Below, in pieces: positions 25,775-39,491 of a DNA stretch of 64,000 bases. Positions within the stretch are counted from its first letter, which is position 1. Every line of letters begins with the position of its first letter. The DNA comes from Tubulanus polymorphus (lineage: Eukaryota; Animalia; Nemertea): positions 14,123,807-14,187,806 of the forward strand of contig NC_134031.1 in NCBI RefSeq assembly GCF_964204645.1, given 5' to 3'. The notes beneath the pieces were generated by a model. That model saw only the letters and a program-made list of their open reading frames with translations, was not told the origin of the DNA and did not search any database. The position numbers and the translations under genes are program-made.

Positions 25775-26759
25775 CATTTTGAGCTATACTATCGTCAGGT
25801 CTGGTACAGTATGAACTTAAAAAATGTCCTTTATGTTTTGATATCATTTTATCTATCATTCTATAATGTGATAGCTCTAACACTATTAACTCTGGTACGG
25901 TATGACATACTCCCCCTAAAGTTAAATGTAATAGTTAGAATGTACCTTATTCAAAATCGTATTAATATCATGTTTTATCTTGGATTTTTAAGTTATCAAT
26001 TGCCCTGGGTGATTTAATATCAATCTAATAAATGGTAGCTCTAACACTGTCAGCTGGTACGGTATAACATGCATCCCTTTAAAATCGAATATAATAGGTA
26101 ATATAAAATTCTCTGAGAGACACAATTTTCAGAGGGGATTTTGAGGGACCAAAGGCCATAACTCAGAATTTGAGGGATTTTGTACCCTCAAAAATGGATT
26201 TTGGAATTTGAGGGGTTTTTGAGGGATTTGAGGGGCTGTAGGAACCATGGTTATGTAATACACGTTTATTGCACTGTATACACGTGTATATGTAGGCCAA
26301 TTTTACATGTGTACTTGATGAAATATACGTGTGATCATTATTCATAGCACACGTGTAACATTTTAATAAGGGTGGATTCGAACCATCCCAACTAGTTTAT
26401 TGCGAACTCTTAGACATGTTTGGTGTAAAACATTTTGATATGTAGGGGAAAATCTACTTCTAAGAGTGCGAGTTTAGTACCGGTAATGATGGCCAGACTT
26501 GTCGATTATCCATTGTCGGCCTATAAATGAAAACTTGGCAGCCCATATTATCAGTTTGGTATCTATTTCATTTCAGACGTTGAATAGTTTTAATTAAAAC
26601 AACTATATGATAAGGACTTCACGTAGTTATTCAAAGGGATGTCTGGCGCTGATCTGGAAAATCTCAATCGAGAGCGAACCTTATTTTACCCGCTGTGAAA
26701 ATTCATTGCTGTCACTCATTAAGAAATAATTGCCACAAAGAATCGACTTTCAATCATGG

Positions 26760-28130
26760 TAGTTGGTAACAACAACAATATTAAAAAGTCTCTTGGATAC
26801 TTTGCTACGAAGACAGCAACATCTGATGTTTTGTATCCCTTTCTATGGGAAGCTATTTTCTATCTGGAACAACAGGGCTTAAAGGTAAATAATCCAACCA
26901 TGGAATGGTATTATACTTTGCGATAATTTATCATGAGTAATACATGAAGTTAAGTTTGTCATAGGTTATATCAAGTACTTCAGACTAGGCATCCCCAAAT
27001 CAACGCTTGTACCGTATACATGCGGATGGAAGTAACCTTGTTAGTGAGACTGTCAACTGGATGTCAGTACAAAAACGCCCGTTGTATTTCATTTCTGATC
27101 CTCCTCATTTGATGAAAACCATCAGAAACAACTTAGAGAAATCAAAGCCAGGTGGTACCAGATGTCTTTGGGTAAATATATTACCAATTGAGTTTTTTAA
27201 TGACCTTGCTCTGGCACTGATCCAGAGGGGGGTTTGAGGGGTCCGGACCCCCCTCCCCTCTTCTGACCAAGTGCCCTTTTGAAAATCACATGTGAAAAAT
27301 TCCACCCAACATTTATCTATGACAAGAGTCCACAGTACTTCTTCAAGCTGTAATATGCACTAAAATTTTCTGGGGGAGGACCTCCAGACCTCCCTTCAAG
27401 GGCATTTCTATGAAAGAAAGTACAGATTATGATTCTTTTTTTTACAGAACAATGGTCAACATCTTTGGTGGAGTAGTATTTACAACGTGTATCGAGAAGA
27501 CAGTACTAATCAGCTCAGAATGACAAAATTGAGAGATGAGCACGTACGGCTTACACCAGTAGCCAGAATGTCAGTTAGACTTGCAGTGCAGGTGGTTAAT
27601 TGTTGCCACGCTAGATTTAGTAAACGTAGATGTAGAATAATATTTAGGATCTACGTAGTTCCACGAAAGATTTTAATTCAAACTTTTTCATGAAATTGAC
27701 ACCAGGACCCTTAAAGTCACCATTAAATGATATCTCTCCAATTTTAGGTCCTTAGTCGTTCAGTTGGACTAGTTCTCCAACAGTATGGTGGTCCTGATGT
27801 TATTGAACTCTCGAAGTTTATTGTGATGTCCGACCGGTTCTTTGACTGCTTAAATGTGAGATCTTTCAATGAACATATCACAAAAGAAAACCAGACTTGG
27901 CCCCATATCGAAGACTTGATGATGAGCGTTTCCAAGTGAGACAAATTTGAACAAAAATTCCTGAATTGTGGTACCTGCTTTAAAAATTGAGATGATAATC
28001 TATATTTTCCAGTTCCTTGAATCCTACCTGGAATACCTTGATCTATGGAAGACTTTAGTTAGTAACAGGGAGGGATTTACCAAGGCAGAGAAAGAGAAGA
28101 TGTCTTTGTCAAATCAGACATTTCATTCCA
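26760..28130 (+). pseudogene. P-element-family (THAP9-like) transposase relic, multi-exon
   Basis: WEAI.YLE..GLKV, YFISDPPHLMKTIRNNL, MSVRLAVQVLS.SV, DRFFDCLNVR, YL..WK, LS.QT motifs. Confidence 0.8.
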
Positions 28131-28636
28131 TAGACAGCACCATCTTGATTTTTCACTACAGAAAGAAGACTCCGAACTATAATATACTTGTAGGCCTATT
28201 GACTCTCATGGAGTCCCATTAGAATAATTCATTCATGGGCTTAAAGAAATGTTTGCAAGTGTTAAAGACGAACAGATTAGGGAAACTATACAAATGCAAA
28301 AATCAAGTGAAGGGCCGTTGACATATCATCAGTTATTAATAATTTTGTTACTAAACTAGGCTAATTGGTACGTAAAAAAGCCTAAGTTTTGAATTTGAGT
28401 ATTGTAATTCATTGCATTATGACTAGATTGGAGACCTTTTATCCAAATTCTAATTATGCTTTATTTCCAAAAAATAAACATAACATGAAATCCAGAAGGC
28501 ACATTCATAACTAAAAAACACTACCAAAGAAAATACTGCACATTCATCGAAATGCTCGCTAACAATAAGGGCCCTATATGTTTGTGTATCCAGATCTGAG
28601 GCTAGGCCTTCTAGGCCAGTGAGGGAAGACACACCA

Positions 28637-29507
28637 CAGGGTTGATAGCCTCAAGACCAACCAAAATTCAAGGCCATTCCAGGCCATTAAAATAGACCTT
28701 CCGAGGCTATTACCCAAATCTAAAACCTGTTTACGACAATATATCCTCGCTTCATCCATTCAAAAACAATCAAAGCAGCTTTAACAGGGTTCATTGTGCT
28801 ACAGCTGACCCAAATTCACTCCCCCATGTTATGCCAAATTCACTGCCAACTTCAGCAATTTTTTGAAAAACTTGCAAATTGTGTGCCAGTGACTATATGG
28901 CCACACTAATGCCTTTTTAATTTAATGGACTTTGGATTTTACCAGCAAAAATGAAAGGGTGTTTGGGAAAAATAAAATATCAATCATTACGACCACAGAC
29001 ATAAACGGAAGGGATAATTAGGACGAAAGTATCAAGAAAAAAAATTCGACATGACGTTTTTGGCAGAATTTCAGAGGGGGATCCATTGCTGTAAGCAATT
29101 CCAAAAAGCCCTACATTTGCCCCTTTGAACCAAGAAATTTGTAACAGACACAATCTCCCTGAAGCGCAGTTCATGTAGTAACATGTAGTAACCGCATGTA
29201 GCATGTAACATGTAGTAACATGTAGTAACCGCATACAACTAACTGCATGATGATTCATCATACCCAGTAGTGGGTTTTGTCCAAAGACTCAGATCATGAA
29301 ATCAAAAATCAAAATGATTTATACACAGTGCATTAAACATCGTCAGGCTGTTACCAAAATTTACAACCCTACAGAAAAACAATCATAAATCTACAGATTC
29401 ACTACATTGTTAAAATTAAGTGCTGAATTCAAGGCTTTTCAATGCCTTAAATTTCCTTTTGACAATTCAAGGGTATTCAAGAATTTTAAGGCCCGCTACG
29501 AACCCTG
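28637..29507. mobile_element. Non-autonomous CAG...CTG (hAT-like) element
   Basis: CAGGGTTGATAG / CTACGAACCCTG (10/12); repeated ATTCAAGG motifs near both ends; flanks ACACCA / ACACCT. Confidence 0.6.
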
Positions 29508-29889
29508 ACACCTCAAGTGGGAGAGATAGACGAGGAAAACAGTGCTTCAAGTACATTTCAGGAGGATAATACAGAAATGCTGATGGTTAAAATTGACATG
29601 CAGCAACCATCTTCTAATACATCTCACAGTACAGGAGCTAATGTCTAAGTTAACAATACCAACACATTGTAGTTTCTGTGACTATTTGAAAATTTGAACT
29701 TGAGTCTGACTTCAAATTTTTCTAAGCAATGAGGCTAAAGGGCTAAATCAGGTGAAAAGCTCTGGGGTCATATTTGAATAAAATTTACTATTGATTCTGT
29801 CCTGATTTAGGGATGAAGTAATGCATTCTAGAAGGTAATTCTGTGTTAATTTTAAGACAATCTTGTATATCCGCAAAGTAATGACATTT

Positions 29890-30334
29890 GTACGTTCTGT
29901 ATAGATTCCAGTTCCGCTCGGTGTTGACAGGACTTTTATCATTGGTGCGTGATTTTGACAGTTACCACTGTCGACCCTAAGTTTCTGCATCGAGATGGGG
30001 AGACCGAAACTTATCAGTGTTTCTTCACGCATATCGAAGGGAGGCTTGATGCGGAAATTACAACGATGGAAACAGCCTACAGTGAAGACCTGACTTTTTG
30101 GATTGGATGAAGAGAAAGCGATGCTTAAGGCAGTGAAACTTGTATACACTCAGCAAACCAAATTCTGTGTCACCAGTATCTCAAAGAAAATGTAAAAAGG
30201 CATTTGCTACATAAGACTGGTGTCAAACTCAAAGTGAAAAATAAAATAGTAAAAGCGATATTTGATAAAATTTGAGTGTTGCACTAGGATAATGAATTTG
30301 ACTGTGAATGAAAATGATTAAAATTAGAGCTGAC
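29890..30334 (+). pseudogene. MULE transposase relic
   Basis: LGVDRTF..., FLHRDGETETY, FGLDEEKAMLKAVKLV...LKENVKRHL across frameshifts. Confidence 0.6.
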
Positions 30335-30338
30335 TTAA

Positions 30339-32708
30339 GTAGCTTTATACTAATTAAATCAAATATTTTTATTTTCCACCAAAATTGGGAAAACTACATT
30401 TTTCATTAGTTTATTATGTTCATTTTAACATACAAATGATAATTTCTCCATGGAAATAGTATTTAGGTGAAAAAAATTGATTTTAAAATTTTATCTATGT
30501 CCCCTCTGGATCTGAAAATCACCCCTCTATCCTGCAAAAATCCCTCACCAATTGAGTTATTATTGCTCAAAACTTCCCCATGAGGTGGCAACATCTACAG
30601 GACATGTAAGGTGTTGTTTTAACCTAAGCCAATGACATTTCAAGGTCGTTGAGCCACTTGTGGAGTCACACAATTGTTCACAAAAGTCATGAAAAAATTT
30701 TATTTTCTGTCAAATTCAGCGTATTTACAGCATTTTTAAACAAAAGTAAGAGAAGGACAATATTTATTGTGGTTATTTGTGAAGTGTGCGTGTTTTAAAT
30801 CATTTATAATGGGAAAGAAAAAGCCCAGGACTCCAAAACGAAAGTTTAAAGGCAATCAATTTACCCAACCCCAAAAAATCAAAGATGGCGGCGAAGATTT
30901 AGAAACTTCTGCTTCTGGATCAAAGTTTGGACATTTGTTGAACAATCGTTACGATGAAATTGATCCTACTGATACCTATGAACTTAAAGAAGGCAACATA
31001 ATTATGGATTTGTCAGTTTTGTCATCTGTTATGGAGAAAATTGTTGTTTGTTTGGAATGCGGCCGCTCCAATACTTGCTTTTCCGACATCTCAAAGAAGT
31101 CTGGATTCTCCCACAGTTTAGTTATTAAGTGTTCTGGCAAAAAGTGTTCTTGGTCTGAAACTTTCCAGACAAGTAAAAGTGTTGACATTGGAGCTCCCAA
31201 GATAACAGGACAAGGGAGGAAACACATGGAAGTCAACGTCAGGATGGTAAGCGCGTTCCGTAATTTTGGTCAAGGTCATCGGTCTATGTTCTGTACACTA
31301 ATGAATATGCCACCACCTATGCAGCCAAAAGCATATGACAAAATAGTAGGTATGATGGCTGATAAATATGATGTTGAAATTGGAATGCGTCGGCCATGTT
31401 CAAAAACGTCTGAAAACTCGTATGAGAAACTTACTTTTTGAACTACAAAAGGGAAGTTAAGTGATGGAAAGGGGATATCTGGGAGAGGCAGATTGACTCA
31501 AAAAGTCTAGGGCAAGCTGCAAAACTACTATGGACTAGCCATAAGAGAAAATAGTGATAATATTGAAAATATGAAAAAATCAATTATGGCCGGTCTCTAT
31601 CATGTTGCATCTACTGACGCCAAGCCACAGCATGATAAGTGCCCAGATGGAGAAAATAGTTGGTGCGGTTATAAAACTAAGAATCCCAACTTCAAACACA
31701 AAGATGGCTTGCCTGACTGTATTATAAAACTACTTCTTCCCATCTATCAGGATCTCAGCCGAACAGAATTGCTCGAGAAGTGTACGCATGGCGCACCCAA
31801 AATGTGAATGAATGTTTTTTGTGAATGGTTGTGTGGGATTATTACCCTAAAAATATATATACTAATAGAACATCATTCTCCTTGGCAGCTTCCATGGCTG
31901 TCTGTCAGTTTAATGATGGTAATACATCTATTATAAGCTTTTTAGAGTCAGTTAACATTGAACCTGGTAAATTTACGCGTAGATTTGCGAACTCCGCAAT
32001 AATAGACGTATTCGTGAATCCATTTGTAAGGGGTCAAAAAAAGCTGTAAAACGTAGAAAACAGATCAGAGCAGTCAGAAAAGGCTTTCTGGACAATAGAG
32101 CAGAGGTGGAAGGAAACACCTATGAACCTGGTGGTCATAAGGACTAATTTTATGGCAAGTAATTAAGATGATGGTCTAAATCTTTTGTTTTAAATGCTAA
32201 TTACTCGTTAACTGATTGTCATGTTTTTTTTGCCGCGGTTACGGCTCTAGTTCGCAGAATATTTATTGAAATGACTTGAAATTTTGTATGTAGGCTCTCA
32301 AGATGTAGTAGAATGGAATGAACCTATGAAATACACATTATCTGATGTACGTTTAATGCCATGTCCAATGAAATTATAATTTGGGCACAAAATTTCAGAC
32401 GCCTGGGCTTAGGATCTTCAAAAAAATTTTTGGGTGTGATATCTAATAATATTTTAGGTTCAGGCCATAGCTATAGCTATTGTGATTACAAAGAAACTTA
32501 TTTGGAGAACTTGGTTGCATTTGGTGAGCTACAGCTGTAACGCTGAATTTGTATATTTAACCTAATTTTGACCTAATTAGCATAATTATAATTAGTTTAT
32601 GCAAAAAAATTTTTAATTCTTATTTTTTAACCATGGGCGATATGTTAAAGTATGTTTCAGTAATCAAAACCCAATCCTTAAAATAAATTTAATTAGTATA
32701 AAGCAACC
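30339..32708 (+). mobile_element. TTAA-specific element (Kolobok-Hydra-like) with an internally deleted 'Mutator-like' transposase
   Basis: TIR GTAGCTTTATACTAATTAAAT / ATTTAATTAGTATAAAGCAACC; TTAA on both sides; RKFKGNQF, CxxC...GF..L..C..C, VN.RMV...MNMPPP, GRGRLT, HDKCPDGENSWCGY. Confidence 0.82.
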
Positions 32709-32724
32709 TTAAGAATCAGCACTA

Positions 32725-32864
32725 GAGGCCAGTTGCACAGTCGTGACTTCAGTCCAAAAGTGGTCTTAAATGATAAGACTGGTCTTAAGTTGTTAGATTG
32801 GCTATTGAACTAATTTGGTCTTAGAATTATCTTAGGTCTATGCCATGACTATGCAACCAGCCCC
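32725..32864. mobile_element. PIF/Harbinger-like MITE
   Basis: GAGGCCAGTTGCACAGTCGTG / CATGACTATGCAACCAGCCCC imperfect TIRs; flanks CTA / CTG. Confidence 0.55.
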
Positions 32865-33029
32865 CTGAGTTCATCAGTTATCAGATCCTCACTGACTTAA
32901 ACTGCCATTTACATCTATTAGACACCATTGCTACACAAGTTTGTTCAACTCTATAAGACAATGAAAATTAAAATGCGAAAAAGAAGTTATGGGGTAATGA
33001 CTGTTACATAGACACTATAGTTCTCCAGA

Positions 33030-33740
33030 TTAAATGCGTTATAATGAAGGAAAAGGTGACCCTCAAGGCTTCAAGGTATTCTTGAAAAAAAGTCAACTGC
33101 CATTAGGATTTATCCCTTGTTACCATGGCAATCGCCTTCATATATCTTTTAATAAATGCAGAAAGTTGTATGCGTACCATACCAAATTTTTCACTACCTT
33201 AAATCTAGAACTACCAGTGGTGGACTCCGGTATAGTCTCCGTGACGATTTTTATAATGGATAACTTGGAAAACTTTTAACCGGACCATGGATGAAACTTT
33301 TATTCATCATATCAAACAGAGATCAACCACTATGATGGAATTGATGTTGTGCGCAATATAATAGATGTAGTCAAAGTATAGATAGCTCAAATTCTGACCA
33401 TCTGGAGCGGTAAAAGTGATTTCTTTGGGAATCTGTTAGATATCAACCCTGATGATCGTATTCTATCATCTTTATGCCAAATTCCGTCGAATGTTGAGAT
33501 GTTTAGTCAAATTATGACTAGATGTTTGATGACAGTTGTAACAGTTCTTGGATGTCAGTACATACTTAAATCTTGAAATCTCTGAACTGCTCAAAGAACA
33601 GGTTGCCTCTTCAAGATCGCACAATATAGACGCCGAGCAGGTCATGGGCACGCTTAGTGCAGCCCAGAAGAAATCACAAAATGCAACCATGGCATACCAT
33701 TCTGCAAACATTCAGAGTACTGATAAACCACTGTAACTTA
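33030..33740 (+). pseudogene. Degenerate transposase-like relic, family uncertain
   Basis: RY..GKGDP.GF..FL, GNRLHI, GKLL.GPWM and SHNIDAEQVMG motifs across stops and frameshifts. Confidence 0.35.
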
Positions 33741-34425
33741 TCTCAACAACCTATCCAATAATTCATGGTAAAATAAAATGTATTTGGCCTTCTTTTTTGA
33801 AACATTTTTACCGAAGTGTTCAGCATAGATTCCCTTAGTATCAATTTTGTCAATTCACAAATTCTCTGCTTGATTTGCGCCTTAATAACATTTTTTTATA
33901 TTTTGCCCCGCAGCCTCTTCACTTTGAGTCTTCACAAATTATATATTGTTCCGTAGACTTATGTCATGAACTAAACAATTCTGATAATAAAACTTTTGAG
34001 CTTTGCTTGATAATTCCGTGAACCAATGTAGATCATCACTAACTTTAGAGAACATCCATATGATCATCAACACGCTTGTTATCCAAATAATACTTATTTC
34101 TGAATAACATCTTGACAGAAGTAACTTCGTAGCTAGGTGACATCATGTGTGCCAATGTCTCTTGTCTCGTCATATTGGAAATTAATTTTCCGACTTTCCT
34201 ATCTTCGAAGAAATCAAATGAGAAATGTATTGGTATCATTGTTATATGAATATATGAAGACTACGAATTTTTGATATCATATATATTGAGTGGCATTTAT
34301 ATTGTTTTTTCAGGCTAAAGAGGTGCACGACCTAACTGGTGCAAAAGTCTCCGTGAAAATGGAATACACAAAGAACACACCAAAGAAACCCAACGAGAAT
34401 AAATTCAGAGAATATAAGTCGTTAA

Positions 34426-37400
34426 AGGGGGTACTCGGGTCGAAAATTTGACTGAAACATGAATTTCATTGATTTTGAGATTTGTAAGTTTACTAACACG
34501 ATTTGACACCATTTGTCTCATAAAACCTTCTTTTATCAAATAAAATTAATCTTTGTCAACTCACTCGAATTCAGATTCTTTTGTTTTCACTAAATGAGTC
34601 TATTGTTACCACATTTTTGATCAATCATACACGATTATCGCGAAAATAATATCCGACATGGCGGGTATCGGTGTAATCCTTGAATTGAAAGTTCGCTAGC
34701 ACGCATGTGCGCATGTCACTATGCGTCATTTACATGAAATTCGTGGATAAATCCTGTCAATATCCCTCCGGAAATTTCCTTTTATGGATCCATGAATAAT
34801 AAATGAGTGAAGTCGGCCACTGATTGGCTAACCAGAAACTACAGACTCCCGAAGCATCTCCGTAGATGTTCGTGACTCGCCGTCATCGCCGCTGATTGGC
34901 TCTCCGACAATACAGGATATCAACAAATTCAAGTTCTTGAGGTACTCGTTTGATGGCGCTAGTCAGAACTGGAAATTGGAACCTAAATCCTCCATGCTCT
35001 AGTTCACTTGCGATGAAAATCTCTCGCTTCAAGTTTTCAATGAGCGATATTTTACTTACTATATATCGTCACGTGTAATCCTTTAAATATGATATCCTAC
35101 CGCTATGTTGGATATGATAAAACCTCACTGCAACAGCTAGAAATCACTATTAGTGTCCTAAAATATCAAAAAACATTTTGTAACGGCTGAAGATGTAAAG
35201 ACTTGTTGCCAGGTATCACATGGTGGCAGCACTTGACAGCCCAATTTCGATTGTTGGTTCGAGTCCTGGTACTTTTCATATTTCTATTATGAACGTACGA
35301 GTGTAGTCCTTCTAAAATCAATTTTATTTTGCAATATTATTTCATATTCATCAGTGTAGCCTGCAATAAATTCACCTTAGAGTCATGAACTCAACAACAA
35401 AGTAATGCCACCCGGCACCAGTCATTACTTCCGTTAGCTGCTTCGAGCGTCATCGCTAAATTTGTGATTTTTGGTAGTTTTTTACATTTCTAGTGATCTT
35501 TAGCGTTCAAAGTGAGGTTTTATCGAATTCAACACATTGTCAGGGTATCATACTTAAAGGATTATGCGTGCCTATGTATAGTAAGTAAAATATCGCTGAC
35601 TAAAAGCTTGAAGCGAGATACTTTTGTCGCAAATGAACTAGAACATGGCGGATTTAGGTTCCAATTTCCGGTTCTGACTAGCGCCATCAAACAAGTAATT
35701 CATGAACTTGAATTTGTCGATATCCCGTATTCACGCTATATCCGGTCTTCGCTTCCGGGTTTAAAATCGTTGCGATAAAGGTAAATTTACATCACAAAAG
35801 CAACAATTCTTTAGTTGAGAAGCGAAATATTATTTGATCAGCATGCCAATTGCGAAAAGAAATACAAAAGCCACTAGGAAAAGAGTCAAGGTTGGGTACG
35901 CAAAATGTCGCGAGTTGCCTGACGGCGACAATGATGCCGGTTCTGGTGGAGAAAGCTCTCAGAATGAAATCGAAAGTTAATGTGTCACAGGTAACGCACA
36001 GGATACTGAATCGCCAGAAATGATCAATTTAGCTGAAATAGATATAAACCTCCAGTTAAAGCACGCCTCTGCAACCAAATTGAATTTTTTGAATCGTGTG
36101 ACAGATGAAGCATCGGGAGTAGGAGGTCTTGGGGAAAACATTCCAGTACCGAAATACAGCATCATAGACACAAAACAGATAAATATGCTTATTTCAGATT
36201 TATTGCGTCCACTGTGTCAAAATACATCTGTACAATACAAATTGAAGATTGCAATGTGGATCAATCTCGGGGCATGGCAGTCAACATGAGGCTCATGTGC
36301 GTTCACAATGTGATTATTCGAAGAATATGTTTTCGTCACAGAAGGTAATTGAACACCGTGAAGATGGCGAAAGTATATATAATGACAGCTCCAAATTACC
36401 ATTTGATATCAACCACAGAATGACGTAAGCCATGAGATCAATTGGATGCGATTATGCAGATCTGTCATGCACATATTTTATTTGAACATGCCATCGCCAA
36501 TGCATCATACATCATACGAAAATACACTGAAGGATCTCATGGCAAATCTCAATCAACTAAAGGACGCTGTATTAGAAGAAAATACGAGAATAGTACGAGA
36601 ACTATATTTCCCAGAGAATGAGGACCACAACGCTGCTGATCCAATTGATCTCACTGTATCACTCGACGTAACCTGGCACCGTTGTGGGCACTGTTCAAAT
36701 TATGGTTGTGGTTTTATCATTGAAGTGAACACTGGACTCATTCTAGACTACCATATAGTTTCTAAATATTGTAAGGGCTGTGAATATTCTCCATCTAAAG
36801 AAAAACCTGAAGAATACAGGGCATGGTTATTGAAGCACCAACCAGTTTGCCTTCAAAAATACAAGGGGAGTTCCAATGCGATGGAACAGGAAATAGGAAA
36901 AACAATTTGGTCTCGGTCACTTCGACTTCCTAACTTCCGTTATCGAAATTTGATCTGTGATGGTGACACAAAGACTCACAAATGCCTAAATGACCATAAT
37001 CTTTATAATGGTATGGAGATAGTAAAAGAAGATTGTGTCAACCATGTGTCAAAACGAATGTACACAGCCCTGATGAATTTAGTAAAAGACTACAATGCTC
37101 GAGGCAAACGCTTGGGTGGACGGTCACGACTCATCCAAGCTCGTACAAAAAAACTTCAGAATTTATGGTAATGCCATAAAGAATAATCCTGGAAATTTAG
37201 AAGCAATGCATTCCGGGTGTGGGCAACATTCTTTCATTCAATGTCCACCGATGATGATCCACATCACAAACATTGTCGAACTGGTGAAGAATCCTGGTGC
37301 TTCTTCAATCGCCAAGTGACATAGTAATGCACTCCCGAGAGATGTCGCAGAGAAAATTTTGGTTGTTTGGAGGAGGCTTTCGGATAAAGAGCTTCTGCGT

Positions 37401-38120
37401 CGATACTTGAGTGGCAAAACATCCCAACCCAAATGAAAGCCTACAAGCAGTGCTTTGGAAGAAAGTTCCGAAAGCAAAGTTTGTATCGGCTGTACAAATA
37501 AATATCGGAGCAATATTAGCTGTATCTGAGTTTTGTAGAGGTGGAACAGCAGTTGTCGAACAAATGTTTCTTCTAGGGCTGCCTCATAGTATGTCAACTG
37601 CAGTTTCCCTTCAACGCCGGGATGACTTTCGTCTTCGTCAGTCTGCTACAAAAGCTCGACCGGAAATAAAGAGACAGCGAAAGGTCCGCAAAATCAGTTA
37701 AGTGAAAGATAGTGATAAAAATTACAAAAAGGAGGGAGAAACGTATGGCCCTGATATAGACAATGGGGAACCCACGTCCAGATGGCACTGCTGTTAAGTA
37801 CAACATCGTTCGCTAAGAATAATACGGCGTGGTATCTTTTTTCACATCGTTGAAATGGATCACGCAGATGTTGAGAGTAGATACTGTGATAAATCACTGA
37901 CAGAATTGAAAGTAATCCTGCGGAACCAAAAATTAAAAGTTTCGGGCAAGAAAAAAGATTTAATTGATCGGTAAGGAAGACCTGTCGTTTTTACTTCCGG
38001 GTTCTTCTTAGCCCAAAAAACATCAGAAAAACTAGCAATAATCTATTAGGTAATGCTAAGAATAAGATCCGAGAAATTCCAGGTGTTCTTTCAGATGAAG
38101 TATAATATCAGAGTACCCCC
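34426..38120 (+). mobile_element. TTAA-specific element (Kolobok-Hydra-like) with a degenerate 'Mutator-like' transposase
   Basis: TTAA|AGGGGGTACTC ... GAGTACCCCC|TTAA; LTVSLDVTWHRCGH.SNYG, GSSNAMEQE, ICDGDTKT, KEDCVNHVSKRM, NPNESL. Confidence 0.85.
37895..37975 (+). other. SAP-domain coding segment at the 3' end of the transposase region
   Basis: LTELKVILRNQKLKVSGKKKDLIDR matches the SAP pattern L.ELK..L....L..SGKK.DLI.R. Confidence 0.65.
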
Positions 38121-38917
38121 TTAACATGGATGACAAAGCTGTACTAAGTGATATGTGGGAAATACAGCTATTAAGAAAAGCATCATCCCTAGACCGAAGA
38201 AAACTGCGACACCAGCACAAATGAAAAGGAAGACTACGAATGTGCCTATAATAAATTTACCGTGCAAACGCAGAATCCTTACTGATTAAACTGTCGAAAT
38301 TCCCAAAAACCCGAAGAAAAATCGCTGTGGTGTGAGAAGTCATTTACTTGCCGCCAGAAGACAAGGCACTTTAAAAAAATACACGGAAAATGTCAGTGCA
38401 CCTGGCTCGAATGCGACATGCACAGTGCGGGGTGCGATTATTCTGTACACCCTGTTTCTACAGGAATTAAAGTTCCAGCTCGAGGGCCTTTGGAGTTATC
38501 GTCCATCTTAGTGAAGTGTAGTAGATAGGCAACCTTCCACTTCTATCAGTTGTAAGTATAGAAAAAGCCGATGTATTTATGATGTTCTGAGGGTGGCCCA
38601 GATATTCAAAAGTTGACTGTATTATAATCAATATCATAATAAATGCAGTTGTGACAGTCAAATGGAAAATCGTTTGTTTGCCAATAATATCCTGAAGGTA
38701 TTCACCAACGTCAACCCAAAAAGATTCGTTAATGGCAAACGGGTATGGAAAGTTGTTGAATTTGAAAAAGGTGGATATTCGCATCACATGCAATGGAGAG
38801 TCTACAGGTAATTGATAGTTAATCATTTTTAGATTAAAAAGATACATGACTTTTTTATTTTAAAGATTAATGCTAATATGGAAGGCACAATGAAAACTAG
38901 TCTGACAAAAGGTTTGG

Positions 38918-39250
38918 GAATTGGTCATTTGTGGTCATCAGTGGTGGTCAACTTTTGAAGTTGCAATGATGAATCTTTTTAGCCGAAATCAAATCTTTCT
39001 CATATTCGAGAAGTTTGAATTGGTCAGTGGTGGTCAATTTATAAATTTGCAATGGTTAATCCTTTTTAGTCTGACACTAAATGCGGTATATCGTTCTCAT
39101 GTTCGAGAAGTTTGAATTGGCCAGTGGTGTTCAGTGATGGTCAATTTATATATTTGCACTGGTGAATCCTTTTTAGTATGACACTAACACGGTTTATCGT
39201 TCTCATATTCGAGAAATGTAATTGGTCAGTGGTGGTCAGTGATGGTCAAT
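38918..39250. repeat. Minisatellite, ~3.3 units of ~97-105 bp
   Basis: Recurrent AATTGGTCAGTGGTGGTCAA...CCTTTTTAG..TGACACTAA...TCTCAT.TTCGAGAA. Confidence 0.75.
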
Positions 39251-39491
39251 CTATGAACTTATTAATGAAATTTGTGCTTTGAATAGTACAGCGACCAGTG
39301 ATTGGCTGACTTGGCGAACTTGTCAGGCCCCGCGCTATTTAAATTGACTTGATATATTATGGCTGCTGACTAGCTTTATCTCCCGATAGCTGTCATCATA
39401 AAGCAATTCTGTCGTTTTAGTAGCAATGCCAATATCTAAATAGACCCCCGGAAAATGGATGTATTAGGATCTCAGCTATATCGGCATGTAA

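Noticed and set aside
26130-26250. TTTGAGGG motif cluster resembling a MITE right end
   Set aside because: No matching left TIR or TSD could be found.
35250-35275. Isolated GGTTCGAGTCC (also GGTTCAAATCC near 40415)
   Set aside because: No convincing A box or tRNA fold.
34426-35840. Long non-coding 5' region as a possible KolobokP-type long terminal direct repeat
   Set aside because: No second copy at the 3' end of the element.
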